In this document: one piece after another, positions 1 through 12,684 of the stretch
Layout of the letters: each line of letters starts with the position of its first letter
Position numbering within the stretch: the stretch's first letter is position 1
Assembly: GCF_024700885.2 (NCBI RefSeq)
Contig: NZ_CP117016.1
Source of the DNA: Escherichia coli
GTDB lineage: Bacteria > Pseudomonadota > Gammaproteobacteria > Enterobacterales > Enterobacteriaceae
Length of the DNA stretch: 64,000 nucleotides
Strand: one strand, 5' to 3'
The notes under the pieces: generated by a model
What the model saw: only the letters and a program-made list of their open reading frames with translations
Database searches by the model: none
What the model was told of the DNA's origin: nothing
Translations under genes and position numbers: made by a program

Positions 1-158
1 ACCAGAATTTTGCCCATGCCATCATGCACGACGATGTAAGTTGCACGATGACGCAGACACTGTGCCCGCATTTGTTCCCGGCTGGCTTGTGCAATGACTT
101 CGTTCTCTTCATTGACAATATCCACCCATTCAGTACTTGCCAAACGACGCTGTTCCAT
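1..158 (-). CDS. yfcD: Nudix-family hydrolase YfcD, N-terminal part only (gene runs off the window start)
   Basis: Manual translation of minus strand from ATG at 156-158 gives [24 protein letters not shown]...; position upstream of yfcE matches K-12 order. Confidence 0.7.
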   Translation of the reverse strand, partial: MEQRRLASTEWVDIVNEENEVIAQASREQMRAQCLRHRATYIVVHDGMGKIL

Positions 159-215
159 TATCAGGAAACCTTCTTTTTCTGGCGCTCTTACGGCGCATTT
201 TGAGTTGTGGGTAAA

Positions 216-770
216 TTACGGATTAATCGCGACCTGCGCAATGATACTTTGATCATTGAGTGCGATTACACTAAGTACGTCATTATCCAGCATGCCATAA
301 CTCGCCGGATGACCGCCTTTCGGAATACTCACCGAGCCGGGGTTAAAGTGGAAAATCTCCCCCCGCTGTTCTGCCACTGGCAAATGAGTATGACCGTACA
401 CCAGCACATCGTTCTGGTTTAAAGCAGGTAGATTTTCCGGGCCAAAAAGATGACCATGCGTCAAAAACAGACGTTGTTTTTCCAGTAATACCTGTTGCCA
501 CGGCGCGGTTATCGGGAAATGCAGCAGCATTTGATCCACTTCGCTGTCGCAGTTGCCGCGCACAGCGATAACCTTATGTGCCACTTCATTAAGCCGTTCA
601 GCGACTTTGGCTGGCGCGTAACCCTCCGGTAAAGCATTACGCGGGCCGTGATTCAACACGTCGCCAAGGATCACCAGCCACTGGGCACCGCTTTGGACAA
701 ACAACTCCAGAACACGTTCCGTCGCCGGTAACGACCCATGAATGTCCGATGCAAACATCAGTTTCATCAC
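216..770 (-). CDS. yfcE: Metallophosphoesterase (phosphodiesterase) YfcE
   Basis: 184-aa ORF with DIHG and GNCD metallophosphatase motifs; recognised as YfcE. Confidence 0.9.
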   Translation of the reverse strand: MMKLMFASDIHGSLPATERVLELFVQSGAQWLVILGDVLNHGPRNALPEGYAPAKVAERLNEVAHKVIAVRGNCDSEVDQMLLHFPITAPWQQVLLEKQRLFLTHGHLFGPENLPALNQNDVLVYGHTHLPVAEQRGEIFHFNPGSVSIPKGGHPASYGMLDNDVLSVIALNDQSIIAQVAINP

Positions 771-773
771 TCA

Positions 774-2250
<1,477 letters not shown>

Positions 2251-2306
2251 CAGAAACAGGTTCTCGTGTATTATTTCATCCTAAGTAAAACAACGGAGAA
2301 CCTGCA

Positions 2307-2669
2307 ATGGCACAACCTGCCGCTATTATTCGTATAAAGAACCTTCGTTTACGTACGTTTATCGGAATTAAGGAAGAAGAAATTAACAACCGTCAGGATA
2401 TTGTTATCAATGTGACTATCCACTATCCCGCCGATAAAGCGCGCACCAGCGAAGATATCAACGATGCGCTGAATTATCGCACCGTAACGAAAAACATTAT
2501 TCAGCATGTAGAGAATAACCGTTTCTCTTTGCTGGAAAAATTAACTCAGGATGTGCTCGATATCGCACGTGAACATCACTGGGTGACGTATGCTGAAGTG
2601 GAGATCGATAAACTGCACGCGCTGCGCTACGCCGATTCGGTATCCATGACCTTAAGCTGGCAGCGTTAA
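2307..2669 (+). CDS. folX: Dihydroneopterin triphosphate 2-prime-epimerase
   Basis: 120-aa ORF recognised as FolX. Confidence 0.9.
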
Positions 2670-2689
2670 CCGCCATATCGGGAGGCTGC

Positions 2690-3583
2690 ATGAACATAGT
2701 GATCACCGGAGGGACGGGATTAATTGGTCGCCATTTGATTCCACGTTTGCTGGAGCTGGGCCATCAAATCACGGTAATGACGCGTAACCCGCAGAAAGCC
2801 AGTTCTGTTCTCGGCCCTCGGGTGACACTATGGCAAGGGCTTGCCGATCAAAGCAACCTCAACGGCGTTGATGCGGTAATCAACCTGGCCGGAGAACCGA
2901 TTGCTGATAAACGCTGGACTCACGAGCAAAAAGAGCGTCTCTGCCAAAGCCGCTGGAATATCACGCAAAAACTGGTCGATTTGATTAATGCCAGCGACAC
3001 GCCACCGTCGGTACTCATTTCCGGCTCGGCAACGGGCTTTTATGGCGACTTAGGTGAAGTGGTGGTTACCGAAGAGGAACCGCCGTATAACGAATTTACC
3101 CATAAACTCTGCGCCCGCTGGGAAGAAATTGCCTGTCGGGCACAAAGTGACAAAACGCGAGTGTGCCTGCTGCGTACCGGCGTAGTGCTGGCACCGGATG
3201 GCGGTATTCTCGGTAAAATGCTGCCGCCGTTTCGTCTTGGCTTGGGCGGGCCGATTGGTTCCGGTCGGCAGTATCTGGCCTGGATTCATATTGATGATAT
3301 GGTCAACGGCATTCTCTGGCTGCTGGATAACGAGCTGCGCGGGCCATTTAATATGGTTTCGCCCTACCCGGTACGCAATGAACAATTTGCCCATGCGCTC
3401 GGTCATGCGCTGCATCGCCCGGCCATTTTGCGCGTCCCTGTGACCGCCATTCGACTGTTAATGGGCGAATCTTCAGTACTAGTATTAGGTGGACAACGAG
3501 CATTGCCTAAACGGCTGGAAGAAGCGGGTTTTGCGTTTCGCTGGTACGATTTAGAAGAGGCGCTGGCGGATGTTGTTCGCTGA
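2690..3583 (+). CDS. yfcH: Epimerase-family protein YfcH (NAD-binding Rossmann, GxxGxxG at N-terminus)
   Basis: 297-aa ORF with ITGGTGLIG motif; conserved position. Confidence 0.9.
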   Translation: MNIVITGGTGLIGRHLIPRLLELGHQITVMTRNPQKASSVLGPRVTLWQGLADQSNLNGVDAVINLAGEPIADKRWTHEQKERLCQSRWNITQKLVDLINASDTPPSVLISGSATGFYGDLGEVVVTEEEPPYNEFTHKLCARWEEIACRAQSDKTRVCLLRTGVVLAPDGGILGKMLPPFRLGLGGPIGSGRQYLAWIHIDDMVNGILWLLDNELRGPFNMVSPYPVRNEQFAHALGHALHRPAILRVPVTAIRLLMGESSVLVLGGQRALPKRLEEAGFAFRWYDLEEALADVVR

Positions 3584-3607
3584 TGTGGTTTACTGCAAAC
3601 ATCCGCC
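3566..3607. terminator. Inverted repeat (10-bp perfect stem ggcggatgtt / aacatccgcc) spanning the yfcH stop, between convergent yfcH and rpnB
   Basis: Stem seen in sequence; the 22-nt loop is long for a typical intrinsic terminator. Confidence 0.35.
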
Positions 3608-3630
3608 AGTTAACTCCTGGTGTTACAGAA

Positions 3631-4533
3631 TTAGTGGCTTTGCGCGATAAGATCGTCTGGTGAAAGTCGGGTCACCATCATAACTAACTCTCTGTCTAAA
3701 CCTCTCTCCAGCATCTCCTGAGCAATACGCAGGGCTTCTTCGCGTTTGCCCAGAATTAATCCATCATTCCGGCCTTCTTCACGTAATCTGTCAGCAATAG
3801 TCATCAGTTTCTCCTTTTCTTGTGGTGCGCGTTCCGCTATCTCACCAATAAATGCACGGAAACGCTGGGCATCCCCCGTTTGTAATACGTAATTAAACAG
3901 GGCTTTTAGCTGTCTGTCATTAGTGTTCCCTGTAACTAGCAGCGAAACAATTTGGTCGACTAATCCCAACAGATCGCGCTGACGAATATGTTTCTGAATT
4001 AACTCCAACAGCGCCATTTTGCGATGTTGCATAATCTCGTCATCTGGCACCACGGTAATATCCACCAGCGGAAAAGCCGATGAATAAATTTTGCGGGCAA
4101 TCGCAGGCTCGGCAAATTCATCAAGCCAGCAGAGTGAATATGGATAAGGGCTTCTGCAACCATGATAAAACAGCATCGGGATCACTAATGGAAGCTCTTT
4201 ATAGCCCGCATCAAGATGGTTTTGCATCGCCGCAATGGAATAGCGCATCATGCGAAAAGCCATTAATTCCTCTGGCTTACTTTGGTGCTCTATCACCACA
4301 TAAATATAACCCGCTCCCTCCTGCGTTTTCACAGACCACAAGAGGTCGGAATAATATTGCCGCAGGTCTTCATCAATAAAACTGTTTGGTTCCAGTTTAA
4401 GCGTTGTTAAATCACACAGTTTGCGCAGCGGCGCGGGAAGATGAATATCAATAAAATCCCGCGCGGTGTCTGGATGGCGTAAAAAAGATTTAAATACCGC
4501 GTCATGCGGCGTGGAAGTTGTCGATATTGTCAT
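3631..4533 (-). CDS. rpnB: Recombination-promoting nuclease RpnB (Rpn / transposase_31 family)
   Basis: 300-aa ORF recognised as YfcI/RpnB. Confidence 0.85.
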   Translation of the reverse strand: MTISTTSTPHDAVFKSFLRHPDTARDFIDIHLPAPLRKLCDLTTLKLEPNSFIDEDLRQYYSDLLWSVKTQEGAGYIYVVIEHQSKPEELMAFRMMRYSIAAMQNHLDAGYKELPLVIPMLFYHGCRSPYPYSLCWLDEFAEPAIARKIYSSAFPLVDITVVPDDEIMQHRKMALLELIQKHIRQRDLLGLVDQIVSLLVTGNTNDRQLKALFNYVLQTGDAQRFRAFIGEIAERAPQEKEKLMTIADRLREEGRNDGLILGKREEALRIAQEMLERGLDRELVMMVTRLSPDDLIAQSH

Positions 4534-4693
4534 GGCGTTCCGTCACCCCTCAAATTTAAGATAACGCGACAATAACCACGATTAACCCCCAATGCAGCAG
4601 GCAGTTTTTATCTTTGGACAGCGAATTCAGAACTATTTTTAGCGGACTGCAACTTTTACATTTCAGCGGAAGCTGACTCGCAAATTCCCCTTG

Positions 4694-4727
4694 AAAATAC
4701 TCCGGCAGCGTTAGCCACCGGAGGGGG
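4694..4727 (-). terminator. Weak hairpin plus T-tract just downstream of hisP
   Basis: Stem ctccgg/ccggag followed by tattttc on minus strand; short stem. Confidence 0.3.
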
Positions 4728-4729
4728 AA

Positions 4730-5503
4730 TTATTTCAGCGATCCCTTAAGGAACTGTTGCAGACGAGGACTTTGCGGGTTACCGAATAACTGTTCTGGCG
4801 CGCCCTCTTCTTCTATTTTCCCCTGATGGAGGAAAATGACGTGAGTAGAAACATGGCGAGCAAAGCCCATTTCGTGAGTCACTACCACCATGGTTTTCCC
4901 CTCTTCTGCCAGTTGCTGCATAATGCGCAGCACTTCGCCTACCAGTTCAGGATCGAGCGCCGAGGTAGGTTCATCAAACAGTAAAACTTCCGGTTCCATC
5001 GCCAGCGCCCTTGCGATGGAAACACGCTGTTGCTGACCGCCGGAAAGATGCACCGGATATTTCCCCTGCGCACGTTCGTCTATCCCGACTTTCGCCAGAT
5101 ACTTCACCGCCCGCTCGCGCGCTTCCTGCTTGCTCAGGCCCAACACCTGAATCGGCGCTTCCATGACATTTTCCAGCACCGTCATATGGCTCCAGAGATT
5201 GAAGTGCTGGAATACCATCGTCAGGCGTGTGCGCAGTAAGCGCAGCTGATTTTTATCGGCGACTTTGAGTTGACCATCTTTGTCGCGCACCAGATTGATC
5301 GTCTGGCCATTGACCACGATCGATCCTTCGCTCGGTTTTTCGAGGAAGTTAATGCAGCGCAGAAAGGTACTTTTCCCCGATCCCGACGATCCGATGATGC
5401 TTATGACATCTCCGGCATTCGCTTGCAGTGAGACCCCTTTCAGCACTTCGTGTTCGCCATAGCGTTTGTGCAAATCGATAACGTTTAATTTATTCTCGGA
5501 CAT
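4730..5503 (-). CDS. hisP: Histidine/lysine/arginine/ornithine ABC transporter ATP-binding protein
   Basis: 257-aa ORF with Walker [10 protein letters not shown] and ABC signature LSGGQQQR. Confidence 0.95.
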   Translation of the reverse strand: MSENKLNVIDLHKRYGEHEVLKGVSLQANAGDVISIIGSSGSGKSTFLRCINFLEKPSEGSIVVNGQTINLVRDKDGQLKVADKNQLRLLRTRLTMVFQHFNLWSHMTVLENVMEAPIQVLGLSKQEARERAVKYLAKVGIDERAQGKYPVHLSGGQQQRVSIARALAMEPEVLLFDEPTSALDPELVGEVLRIMQQLAEEGKTMVVVTHEMGFARHVSTHVIFLHQGKIEEEGAPEQLFGNPQSPRLQQFLKGSLK

Positions 5504-5510
5504 CGTATTC

Positions 5511-6227
5511 TCAGTGCGTTGAAGAAGGTTTCACATGCTGCAACCAGCGTTTTTCCGCTCTGCGAAAGAGGCTGATCAGGACATAAGAGATGATTAAATA
5601 GAGCACCGCGGCAATGCCGAAGGCGGTAAAAGGTTGATACGTGGCGGCGTTAATATCGCGGGCTATTTTCAGCAGATCCGGCACTGTAGCGGTGAAAGCC
5701 AGCGCAGTAGAGTGCAGCATCAGGATCACTTCGTTGCTGTAGGCCGGTAACGCAATACGCAGCGCCGATGGCAAAATAATGCAGCGATACATTTTAAAGG
5801 TCGAGAAGCCATAGGCTCTGGCGGCTTCAATTTCCCCATGCGGCACTGAACGGATTGCCCCGGCAAAAATCTCGGTAGTGTAAGCGCAGGTGTTGAGCGT
5901 CAGCGCCAGCACGGTACAGTTCAGGCCACTGCGAAAAAAGGCGTTAAGGAACTCGGTTCCCTTAACAATTTCCAGCGTGTACATGCCGGAATAGAACACC
6001 AGCAACTGAACATACAGCGGCGTACCGCGAAAAATATAGGTAAATAACCAGATTGGAAACTGGATGTATTTATTACTTGAGACGCGACCAATCGCCAGAA
6101 ACAGCGCCAGGACTCCGCCTATCACTACCGACAAAATCAGCAGCCACAGGGTGATCGCCACGCCAGTAAAGCGATAACCGTCAGTCCACAGCAGCGGTTT
6201 CCAGTATTCATGTAAGATTTCGATCAC
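5511..6227 (-). CDS. hisM: Histidine ABC transporter permease
   Basis: 238-aa membrane ORF; overlaps hisQ stop by 4 bp (translational coupling). Confidence 0.95.
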   Translation of the reverse strand: MIEILHEYWKPLLWTDGYRFTGVAITLWLLILSVVIGGVLALFLAIGRVSSNKYIQFPIWLFTYIFRGTPLYVQLLVFYSGMYTLEIVKGTEFLNAFFRSGLNCTVLALTLNTCAYTTEIFAGAIRSVPHGEIEAARAYGFSTFKMYRCIILPSALRIALPAYSNEVILMLHSTALAFTATVPDLLKIARDINAATYQPFTAFGIAAVLYLIISYVLISLFRRAEKRWLQHVKPSSTH

Positions 6228-6910
6228 AGGTCAGCCCTCTTCACACCCACGGAGTAGCGGCGCTCAAGGAACAGCAGCACACCATTGGAAACGGTGGTGA
6301 AAACCAGGTAAATCACGCCACAAACGATGGCGAAATAGAACGGTTCCCAGGTACTTTTGCCTGCCAGCTGCGTGGCTTTGACCACATCTTCCAGGCCAAG
6401 TAACGAAACCAGTGCGGTAGATTTAAGGATCACCTGCCAGTTGTTGCCAATGCCTGGCAGGGCGTAACGCATCATCGCCGGAAACATGATCCGCCGAAAC
6501 ACTTGCCCACGAGTAAAACCGAACGCCGTCGCCGCTTCTATATGTCCTTTCGGCACAGCCATAAACGCGCCACGGAACGTTTCGGTAAAGTAAGCACCGT
6601 AGATAAAACCAAGAGTGATAATACCTGCGACCATCGGATCAATATCAATCTGCCCGACGCCCATCGCCTCCGTCACCGTGTTTAGTGCAATCTGCAAACC
6701 GTAGAAAATCAGCAGCATCAACACCAAGTCCGGCACGCCACGAATCAGCGTGGTGTAGCCTTCGAAAATAAGGCCCGAAAGCCGATTTTGCGAGAGCTTA
6801 CCGCCAGCGCCAATTAAACCGATGATTACGGCGAGCACTACAGAGCTGATAGCCAGCTCCAGCGTGACGAGCGCACCCTGTAAAATAACACCTGAAAACC
6901 CATACAACAT
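6224..6910 (-). CDS. hisQ: Histidine ABC transporter permease
   Basis: 228-aa membrane ORF, conserved operon order. Confidence 0.95.
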   Translation of the reverse strand: MLYGFSGVILQGALVTLELAISSVVLAVIIGLIGAGGKLSQNRLSGLIFEGYTTLIRGVPDLVLMLLIFYGLQIALNTVTEAMGVGQIDIDPMVAGIITLGFIYGAYFTETFRGAFMAVPKGHIEAATAFGFTRGQVFRRIMFPAMMRYALPGIGNNWQVILKSTALVSLLGLEDVVKATQLAGKSTWEPFYFAIVCGVIYLVFTTVSNGVLLFLERRYSVGVKRADL

Positions 6911-6999
6911 GCAGCCTGTCCTGTCGTGTGTGGTGAATTACCGCCTCTTGTCTCCCTCCGGTTACCCGAAGGGAGCGGGCTTTCTTTCACCGATGGCGA

Positions 7000-7782
7000 T
7001 TAACCACCATAAACATCAAAATCGAAGTACTTTTTCGCTAATTTCTCGTAAGTACCGTCAGCGCGCATTTCGGCAAAGGCTTTGTTCAGTGCCTCGCGCA
7101 GTTCGTTATCTTCTTTACGCAGGCCCATGCCGGTCCCTACGCCAAACAGTTTTTCATCTTTAACAGACGGGCCACCGAATTTGTAATCTTTACCGACTGG
7201 CTGCTTGAGGAAACCTTCGCTGGCAGCGACCTCATCCTGGAACGCGGCATCAATACGTCCGGCAGTCAGGTCAGAATAAATGTTGTCCTGCCCCTGATAC
7301 GAGACGATTTCAATGCCTTTTGGTGCCCAGTGTTCATTACCGAACGTCTCCTGGGTGGTGCCCTGCAATACGCCTACCCGCTTGCCTTTCAGCGACTCGA
7401 CTGTCGGCTGAATGTCGGAATTTTTCGCCACCACCAGACGAGAATCGGCAGCGTACAGTTTGTCGGTGAAGGCTATTTCTTGCTGACGTTTTTCCGTAAT
7501 GGAAAGCGATGACATGATGGCGTCAATCTTCTTCGCTTTTAAGGACGGGATTAACGCATCCAGTGGGTTTTCGACAAACGTACATTGCGTATTGATGCGT
7601 TTGCACAACTCCTTTGCCAGATCGATATCGAAGCCAACCAGTTCACCTTGTGAATTTTTTGATTCAAATGGCGCATAGGTCGGATCGGTACCGATGCGGA
7701 TGTTTTGCGGAATCGCAGCAAACGCCGCAGTTGCGCTGGAGAAGGCCAGAACCAGAGAGAGCGATAGCACCAGTTTTTTCAT
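7000..7782 (-). CDS. hisJ: Histidine-binding periplasmic protein
   Basis: 260-aa ORF with signal peptide; paralogue of adjacent argT. Confidence 0.95.
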   Translation of the reverse strand: MKKLVLSLSLVLAFSSATAAFAAIPQNIRIGTDPTYAPFESKNSQGELVGFDIDLAKELCKRINTQCTFVENPLDALIPSLKAKKIDAIMSSLSITEKRQQEIAFTDKLYAADSRLVVAKNSDIQPTVESLKGKRVGVLQGTTQETFGNEHWAPKGIEIVSYQGQDNIYSDLTAGRIDAAFQDEVAASEGFLKQPVGKDYKFGGPSVKDEKLFGVGTGMGLRKEDNELREALNKAFAEMRADGTYEKLAKKYFDFDVYGG

Positions 7783-8002
7783 AATGTCCTCAACTGACAG
7801 TCTTTTTATAGGGAATATTTACAGGTTTGTTACACTTATCGTGCCATAAAATTGACCATCAAGGCAAAATATCCCGCCCCGTTAGACGTATTATTTTTCA
7901 TTAAAAATGCTTAAGTATGCATTTCAATGCACCACGATAGTGCAACAAACCTGGCGTGCACCATGATGATCATTCCATCAGGTACAGCTTCCCTGCGACG
8001 TA

Positions 8003-8785
8003 TCAGTCACCGTAGACATTAAAGTCAAAATACTTTTTCGCCATCTTGTCGTAGGTGCCGTCCTGACGCAGCTCGCCAAGCGCCTTATTGAAGGCAGCCG
8101 TCAGTTCCGCATCATCTTTACGTAGCCCTACACCGGTGCCGTCACCGAAGTATTTTTTGTCTTTCACTGATGAGCCAGCAAAGGCGAAATCTTTACCAGC
8201 AGGTTGCTTGAGGAATCCTTCGCTGGCAGCAACTTCATCTTGTAACGCAGCATCCAGACGTCCTGCAGCCAGATCGGAATAGACCAAATCCTGGTTGGCA
8301 TAGGCCACCACATCCACGCCTTTGCTACGCCAGGTCTCGTTAGCGTAAGCTTCCTGGGTTGATCCCTGCAGCACACCCACATGTTTACCTTTCAGTGAAT
8401 CCAGCGTTGGCTGAATCGGCGAACCTTTGGCGGCAATCAAACGAGAATCTGCGGCGTACAACTTGTCGGAGAAAGCAATCTCCTGCTGACGTTTATCGGT
8501 AATGGAGAGCGACGAAATAATGGCGTCGATTTTTTTCGCTTTCAGTGAGGGGATCAGCGCGTCAAAGTCACTGGCAACCCAGGTACATTTCACCTGCATC
8601 CGTTTGCACATCTCGTTACCGAGATCGATATCAAAGCCAACAAAGTCACCTTTGGCATCTTTCGATGAGAACGGCGCATAGGTGGTATCGGTTCCGATAC
8701 GTACCGTCTCCGGTAGCGCCGCATAGCTGGAAGCCGCTGCAGAGAGACCGACTAACAAAGACAGAGCGAGAATCGACTTCTTCAT
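8003..8785 (-). CDS. argT: Lysine/arginine/ornithine-binding periplasmic protein
   Basis: 260-aa ORF, signal peptide, high identity to hisJ product. Confidence 0.95.
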   Translation of the reverse strand: MKKSILALSLLVGLSAAASSYAALPETVRIGTDTTYAPFSSKDAKGDFVGFDIDLGNEMCKRMQVKCTWVASDFDALIPSLKAKKIDAIISSLSITDKRQQEIAFSDKLYAADSRLIAAKGSPIQPTLDSLKGKHVGVLQGSTQEAYANETWRSKGVDVVAYANQDLVYSDLAAGRLDAALQDEVAASEGFLKQPAGKDFAFAGSSVKDKKYFGDGTGVGLRKDDAELTAAFNKALGELRQDGTYDKMAKKYFDFNVYGD

Positions 8786-8853
8786 ACATAACCCTCAAGT
8801 GAAAATGGCTTTTTTATGTTGTGTATTGTGTTGTGTGTTTGCAGGCTCTTTCA

Positions 8854-8869
8854 TGCAGGTCTTATGCCA
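8854..8869 (-). promoter_or_regulatory. Candidate sigma-54 promoter for argT (minus strand TGGCAT-N5-CTGCA, GG-N10-GC spacing)
   Basis: Motif seen about 70 bp upstream of argT start; argT is known to be Ntr-regulated. Confidence 0.45.
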
Positions 8870-9050
8870 TCTTTACGACAACAGTAACATTCAACGTTAA
8901 ATATGTTAATAAGACGTTGCATTATTGTCCTAAAGTTGAAGATAGCAGGTATGGCGGTTGAATCGCAGCGTTTCGATTCATCGAAAGGAACAAAATGTCG
9001 AGGATTTGATCGCGGTTGCAAAATTGCCCTGAAACAGGGCAACAATGAGG

Positions 9051-9620
9051 TTATGCGCCCTGCCAGCGGGCAAAGAGATCTTCAGGAAGCGTTATGGCGA
9101 ATTGATCGAGTACACGGTTAACCGTCTGATTTATCACATCATCAAGGGATTGCGGGCGATGATAAAACGCCGGAACGGGAGGCATAATCACCGCACCGAT
9201 TTCTGCCGCCTGGGTCATTAAACGCAGATGGCCTAAGTGCAATGGTGTTTCACGCACGCAGAGCACCAGCGGGCGACGCTCTTTCAGCACAACATCTGCC
9301 GCACGGGTCAGTAAGCCATCAGTATAGCTATGGACAATGCCGGACAGGGTTTTGATTGAACAGGGTAAAATCACCATCCCCAGTGTCTGGAAAGAACCGG
9401 AAGAAATGCTGGCAGCAATATCGCGCGCATCGTGCGTCACATCGGCTAATGCCTGCACTTCGCGCAGGGAAAAATCCGTTTCGAGGGATAAGGTCTGGCG
9501 CGCGGCCTGGCTCATCACCAGATGCGTTTCAACATCTGCGACATCGCGCAGAACCTGTAATAAGCGCACGCCATAAATCGCGCCGCTGGCACCGCTGATG
9601 CCTACAATGAGTCGTTTCAT
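9051..9620 (-). CDS. ubiX: Flavin prenyltransferase UbiX
   Basis: 189-aa ORF recognised as UbiX. Confidence 0.95.
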   Translation of the reverse strand: MKRLIVGISGASGAIYGVRLLQVLRDVADVETHLVMSQAARQTLSLETDFSLREVQALADVTHDARDIAASISSGSFQTLGMVILPCSIKTLSGIVHSYTDGLLTRAADVVLKERRPLVLCVRETPLHLGHLRLMTQAAEIGAVIMPPVPAFYHRPQSLDDVINQTVNRVLDQFAITLPEDLFARWQGA

Positions 9621-9714
9621 AAATAGTTGCCCTGTCAGACTTGCAGGCAGACTTTGCAGGATTTCGGCGGGAGTTGCAAGTCAGGGTGCCAGACCGGCAC
9701 CCTGAGCGAAGGCA

Positions 9715-11232
9715 TCATCCTTCGTTATGCATTTCGAGATTTTCCACTTCGTTCTGACGTTGCACTGCTTTGGCGTCGTCATTACGTAAAGTATCGAGGA
9801 AATCGAGGTAGCCCTGATCAACATCTTTGGTGACGTAAACGCCGTTGAACACCGAACACTCAAACTGCTGAATATCCGGGTTTTCAGCGCGAACGGCTTC
9901 GATCAGATCGTTCAGATCCTGGAAAATCAACCCGTCAGCACCGATGATCTGGCGAATTTCATCTACTTCGCGACCGTGAGCGATCAGTTCCGTGGCGCTC
10001 GGCATATCAATACCATAAACGTTCGGGAAGCGAATTTCCGGTGCCGCAGAAGCGAGATACACTTTCTTCGCTCCGGCTTCGCGTGCCATCTCGATAATCT
10101 GCTCAGAAGTGGTGCCACGGACGATGGAGTCGTCGACCAGCAGGACGTTTTTATCGCGGAACTCGGCGCGGTTGGCGTTCAGTTTACGGCGCACGGACTT
10201 ACGACGCAGCTGCTGGCCCGGCATGATAAAGGTGCGGCCAACATAGCGGTTTTTAACGAAGCCCTGGCGGTACGGCTTGCCCAGAATACGAGCAATTTCC
10301 AGCGCGATATCACACGAGGTTTCCGGGATCGGGATCACCACGTCGATATCCAGATCTTCCCATTCGCGGGCAATTTTCTCGCCCAGTTTCGTACCCATAT
10401 TCACACGCGCGCTGTAAACGGAAATTTTGTCGATGAACGAGTCCGGGCGAGCAAAGTATACATACTCAAACAGGCACGGATTGCTGACCGGATTGTCAGC
10501 ACATTGACGGGTAAACAACTGCCCTTCTTCAGTGATGTAAATCGCTTCGCCCGGCGCGACGTCACGCAGGAAATCAAAGCCCAGCGTATCGAGCGCTACG
10601 CTTTCGGAAGCGACCATATATTCTGTACGGTTCTCGTCAATATCACGTTTTCCCAGTACCAGCGGACGAATCCCGTTTGGATCGCGGAAAGCAACCATAC
10701 CATGGCCGATAATCATCGCCACGCAGGCATACGCGCCGCGGATTAAGCGGTTTGTGGCAGCAATGGCAGCGAAAATATTGTCGGCTTCCAGCGGGTAGTG
10801 GCGGAAGTTGTCCAACTCGCTGGCGAAGATATTAAGCAGAATTTCCGAGTCGGAAGTGGTGTTGATGTGGCGGCGTTTTTCTTCAAACAGTTTTTTACGT
10901 AACTCATGCGCGTTGGTCAGATTGCCGTTGTGGGCAAGCGTAATGCCATACGGAGAGTTAACGTAAAACGGCTGCGCTTCAGAGGCGCTGGAGCTGCCAG
11001 CCGTAGGGTAACGCACATGACCAATGCCCATATTGCCCTGCAAACGCTGCATATGGCGAGCTTCAAATACATCGCTCACCAGCCCGTTCGCTTTACGCAA
11101 ACGGAAGCAGTTATTGGCATCTATGGTGATGATGCCGGCGGCATCCTGACCGCGATGCTGAAGCACCGTTAAGGCATCATAAATCGACTGGTTAACCGGC
11201 ATAACACCGGCGATACCGACAATACCGCACAT
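9715..11232 (-). CDS. purF: Amidophosphoribosyltransferase
   Basis: 505-aa ORF beginning MCGIVGI (N-terminal Cys nucleophile). Confidence 0.95.
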   Translation of the reverse strand: MCGIVGIAGVMPVNQSIYDALTVLQHRGQDAAGIITIDANNCFRLRKANGLVSDVFEARHMQRLQGNMGIGHVRYPTAGSSSASEAQPFYVNSPYGITLAHNGNLTNAHELRKKLFEEKRRHINTTSDSEILLNIFASELDNFRHYPLEADNIFAAIAATNRLIRGAYACVAMIIGHGMVAFRDPNGIRPLVLGKRDIDENRTEYMVASESVALDTLGFDFLRDVAPGEAIYITEEGQLFTRQCADNPVSNPCLFEYVYFARPDSFIDKISVYSARVNMGTKLGEKIAREWEDLDIDVVIPIPETSCDIALEIARILGKPYRQGFVKNRYVGRTFIMPGQQLRRKSVRRKLNANRAEFRDKNVLLVDDSIVRGTTSEQIIEMAREAGAKKVYLASAAPEIRFPNVYGIDMPSATELIAHGREVDEIRQIIGADGLIFQDLNDLIEAVRAENPDIQQFECSVFNGVYVTKDVDQGYLDFLDTLRNDDAKAVQRQNEVENLEMHNEG

Positions 11233-11268
11233 ACGTCTTTTTCCTCGTTAAGCCACATCTCAGAGCAC

Positions 11269-11757
11269 TTACGCTCTGGGCAAGAAACTTGACGAGCTTT
11301 GCAGATAATCAAAAAACCATCTGATGATAAAACTGAACTGCGGGATCAGCTGTGATTTGCTCCAGTCTTCGCTTTTCGACACCCCGGTAAAGGAGTCGAG
11401 AAAGAAGAGAATGGCGGCAACAATCAACACACCGCGCAACGCACCGAAACAGACGCCCAGCACCCGATCGGTGCCTGACAACCCCGTTTTCTCCACCAAC
11501 TGGCCTATCACGAAGTTCACGATAGCACCAACGATCAGGGTAGCGATAAACAGTACCGCGATGGCAATCCCATTTCGAACCAGTTCGTCTTCAAAGCCCG
11601 TAAACCAGACTGACAGGTAAGTGTAGTAATGACTGGCAACAAAGAAAGCACAACCCCATGTCACCAGCGATAACGCTTCACGAACAAAGCCGCGGATCAG
11701 GCTAACCAGAGAGGAAAAAGCAATCACCGCGATTATGGCGTAATCAATCCAGACCAT
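11269..11757 (-). CDS. cvpA: Colicin V production membrane protein CvpA
   Basis: 162-aa membrane ORF upstream of purF. Confidence 0.9.
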   Translation of the reverse strand: MVWIDYAIIAVIAFSSLVSLIRGFVREALSLVTWGCAFFVASHYYTYLSVWFTGFEDELVRNGIAIAVLFIATLIVGAIVNFVIGQLVEKTGLSGTDRVLGVCFGALRGVLIVAAILFFLDSFTGVSKSEDWSKSQLIPQFSFIIRWFFDYLQSSSSFLPRA

Positions 11758-11813
11758 ATGTGTCCCACGATTTTACGCCCTGTCATCCTGTTCGGGGCGC
11801 ATTCTAACAGAAA

Positions 11814-11829
11814 AAGAAAACGTTTGCGT
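11814..11829 (-). promoter_or_regulatory. PurR operator of the cvpA-purF-ubiX operon (minus-strand ACGCAAACGTTTTCTT)
   Basis: 16-bp PurR box read directly, about 60 bp upstream of cvpA. Confidence 0.7.
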
Positions 11830-11899
11830 AGGGATTTCCTTCCCGCGCATCAATAAAAATGGCGCTGAAAAAATATTCAACGCCATCGACTTTTTATGC

Positions 11900-12010
11900 C
11901 TTTGCGGCATCGGACAATGCGTGTCGGATGCGGCGTAAACGCCTTATCCGACCTACGGCTCTACCCCTGCGCAGGCCTGATAAGACGCGCCAGCGTCGCA
12001 TCAGGCAAGA
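11900..12010. repeat. BIME: two REP palindromic units between cvpA and dedD
   Basis: gtcggatgcggcgtaaacgccttatccgacctac and aggcctgataagacgcgccagcgtcgcatcaggc seen. Confidence 0.8.
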
Positions 12011-12015
12011 CCGTA

Positions 12016-12684
12016 TTAATTCGGCGTATAGCCCATTACCACGCCACTTAAGCCAGAAAGTTGCTTCAACTCACCCAGCGAACCTTTCAGCTTATCTTTC
12101 GAGGCATCTGGCCCAACCAGAATACGGGTAATTTTGCCCTGCACTGGCGTGGATGGCGACGTATAAACCCGATAACCGGCACCGCGCAGCTTACCGACAA
12201 TCTCATTCACTTTATCGGCATTTTTCAGTGCGCCCAGTTGTACAACATAGGCTTTACCCGTTGGCGCTGCTTTTTCTTCCACGACCGGCTTCGGCGCAGG
12301 TGGTGCTTCAACCTTCGGTTTAGGCGACTCCACCGGTTTCGGCTTCGGTGGGGCGACCGGTGCAGGTTCCGGTTCAAACTCGGTGTTATTGGCTGCAATA
12401 GTGGCCGGATCGAGCGACGGTGCTGCGGCATCACCTGCCCGCACCTCTTCCGCTGCGCCTTCCGGCGGCTGCGTCGGCAACGCCTGGGTGGCGGCTGGCA
12501 TCATATCAGGCTCATCGCGATCGCCAGCTTTCGGCACCAGCGGGATAGCCGCGAACTCATCCTGATAATGTTTTTTCTGCCCGTCCAGCAGCCCTGGAAG
12601 TACAATCACCCCCAGCGCCACCAGCACGATCGTGCCCACTAACCGATTCTGAAACTTACTTGCCACCGCTTCTCCTCGCGTCAA
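12016..12684 (-). CDS. dedD: Cell division protein DedD (SPOR domain, Pro/Ala/Lys-rich linker)
   Basis: ORF recognised as DedD; true start probably the internal GTG (VASKFQNRL), so the 5-prime end is uncertain. Confidence 0.85.
   Translation of the reverse strand: MTRGEAVASKFQNRLVGTIVLVALGVIVLPGLLDGQKKHYQDEFAAIPLVPKAGDRDEPDMMPAATQALPTQPPEGAAEEVRAGDAAAPSLDPATIAANNTEFEPEPAPVAPPKPKPVESPKPKVEAPPAPKPVVEEKAAPTGKAYVVQLGALKNADKVNEIVGKLRGAGYRVYTSPSTPVQGKITRILVGPDASKDKLKGSLGELKQLSGLSGVVMGYTPN

Noticed and set aside
12225..12500. Apparent repetitive DNA (ccg/gcg-rich) inside dedD
   Set aside because: Encodes the Pro/Ala/Lys-rich low-complexity linker of DedD on the minus strand; not an independent tandem repeat or CRISPR.
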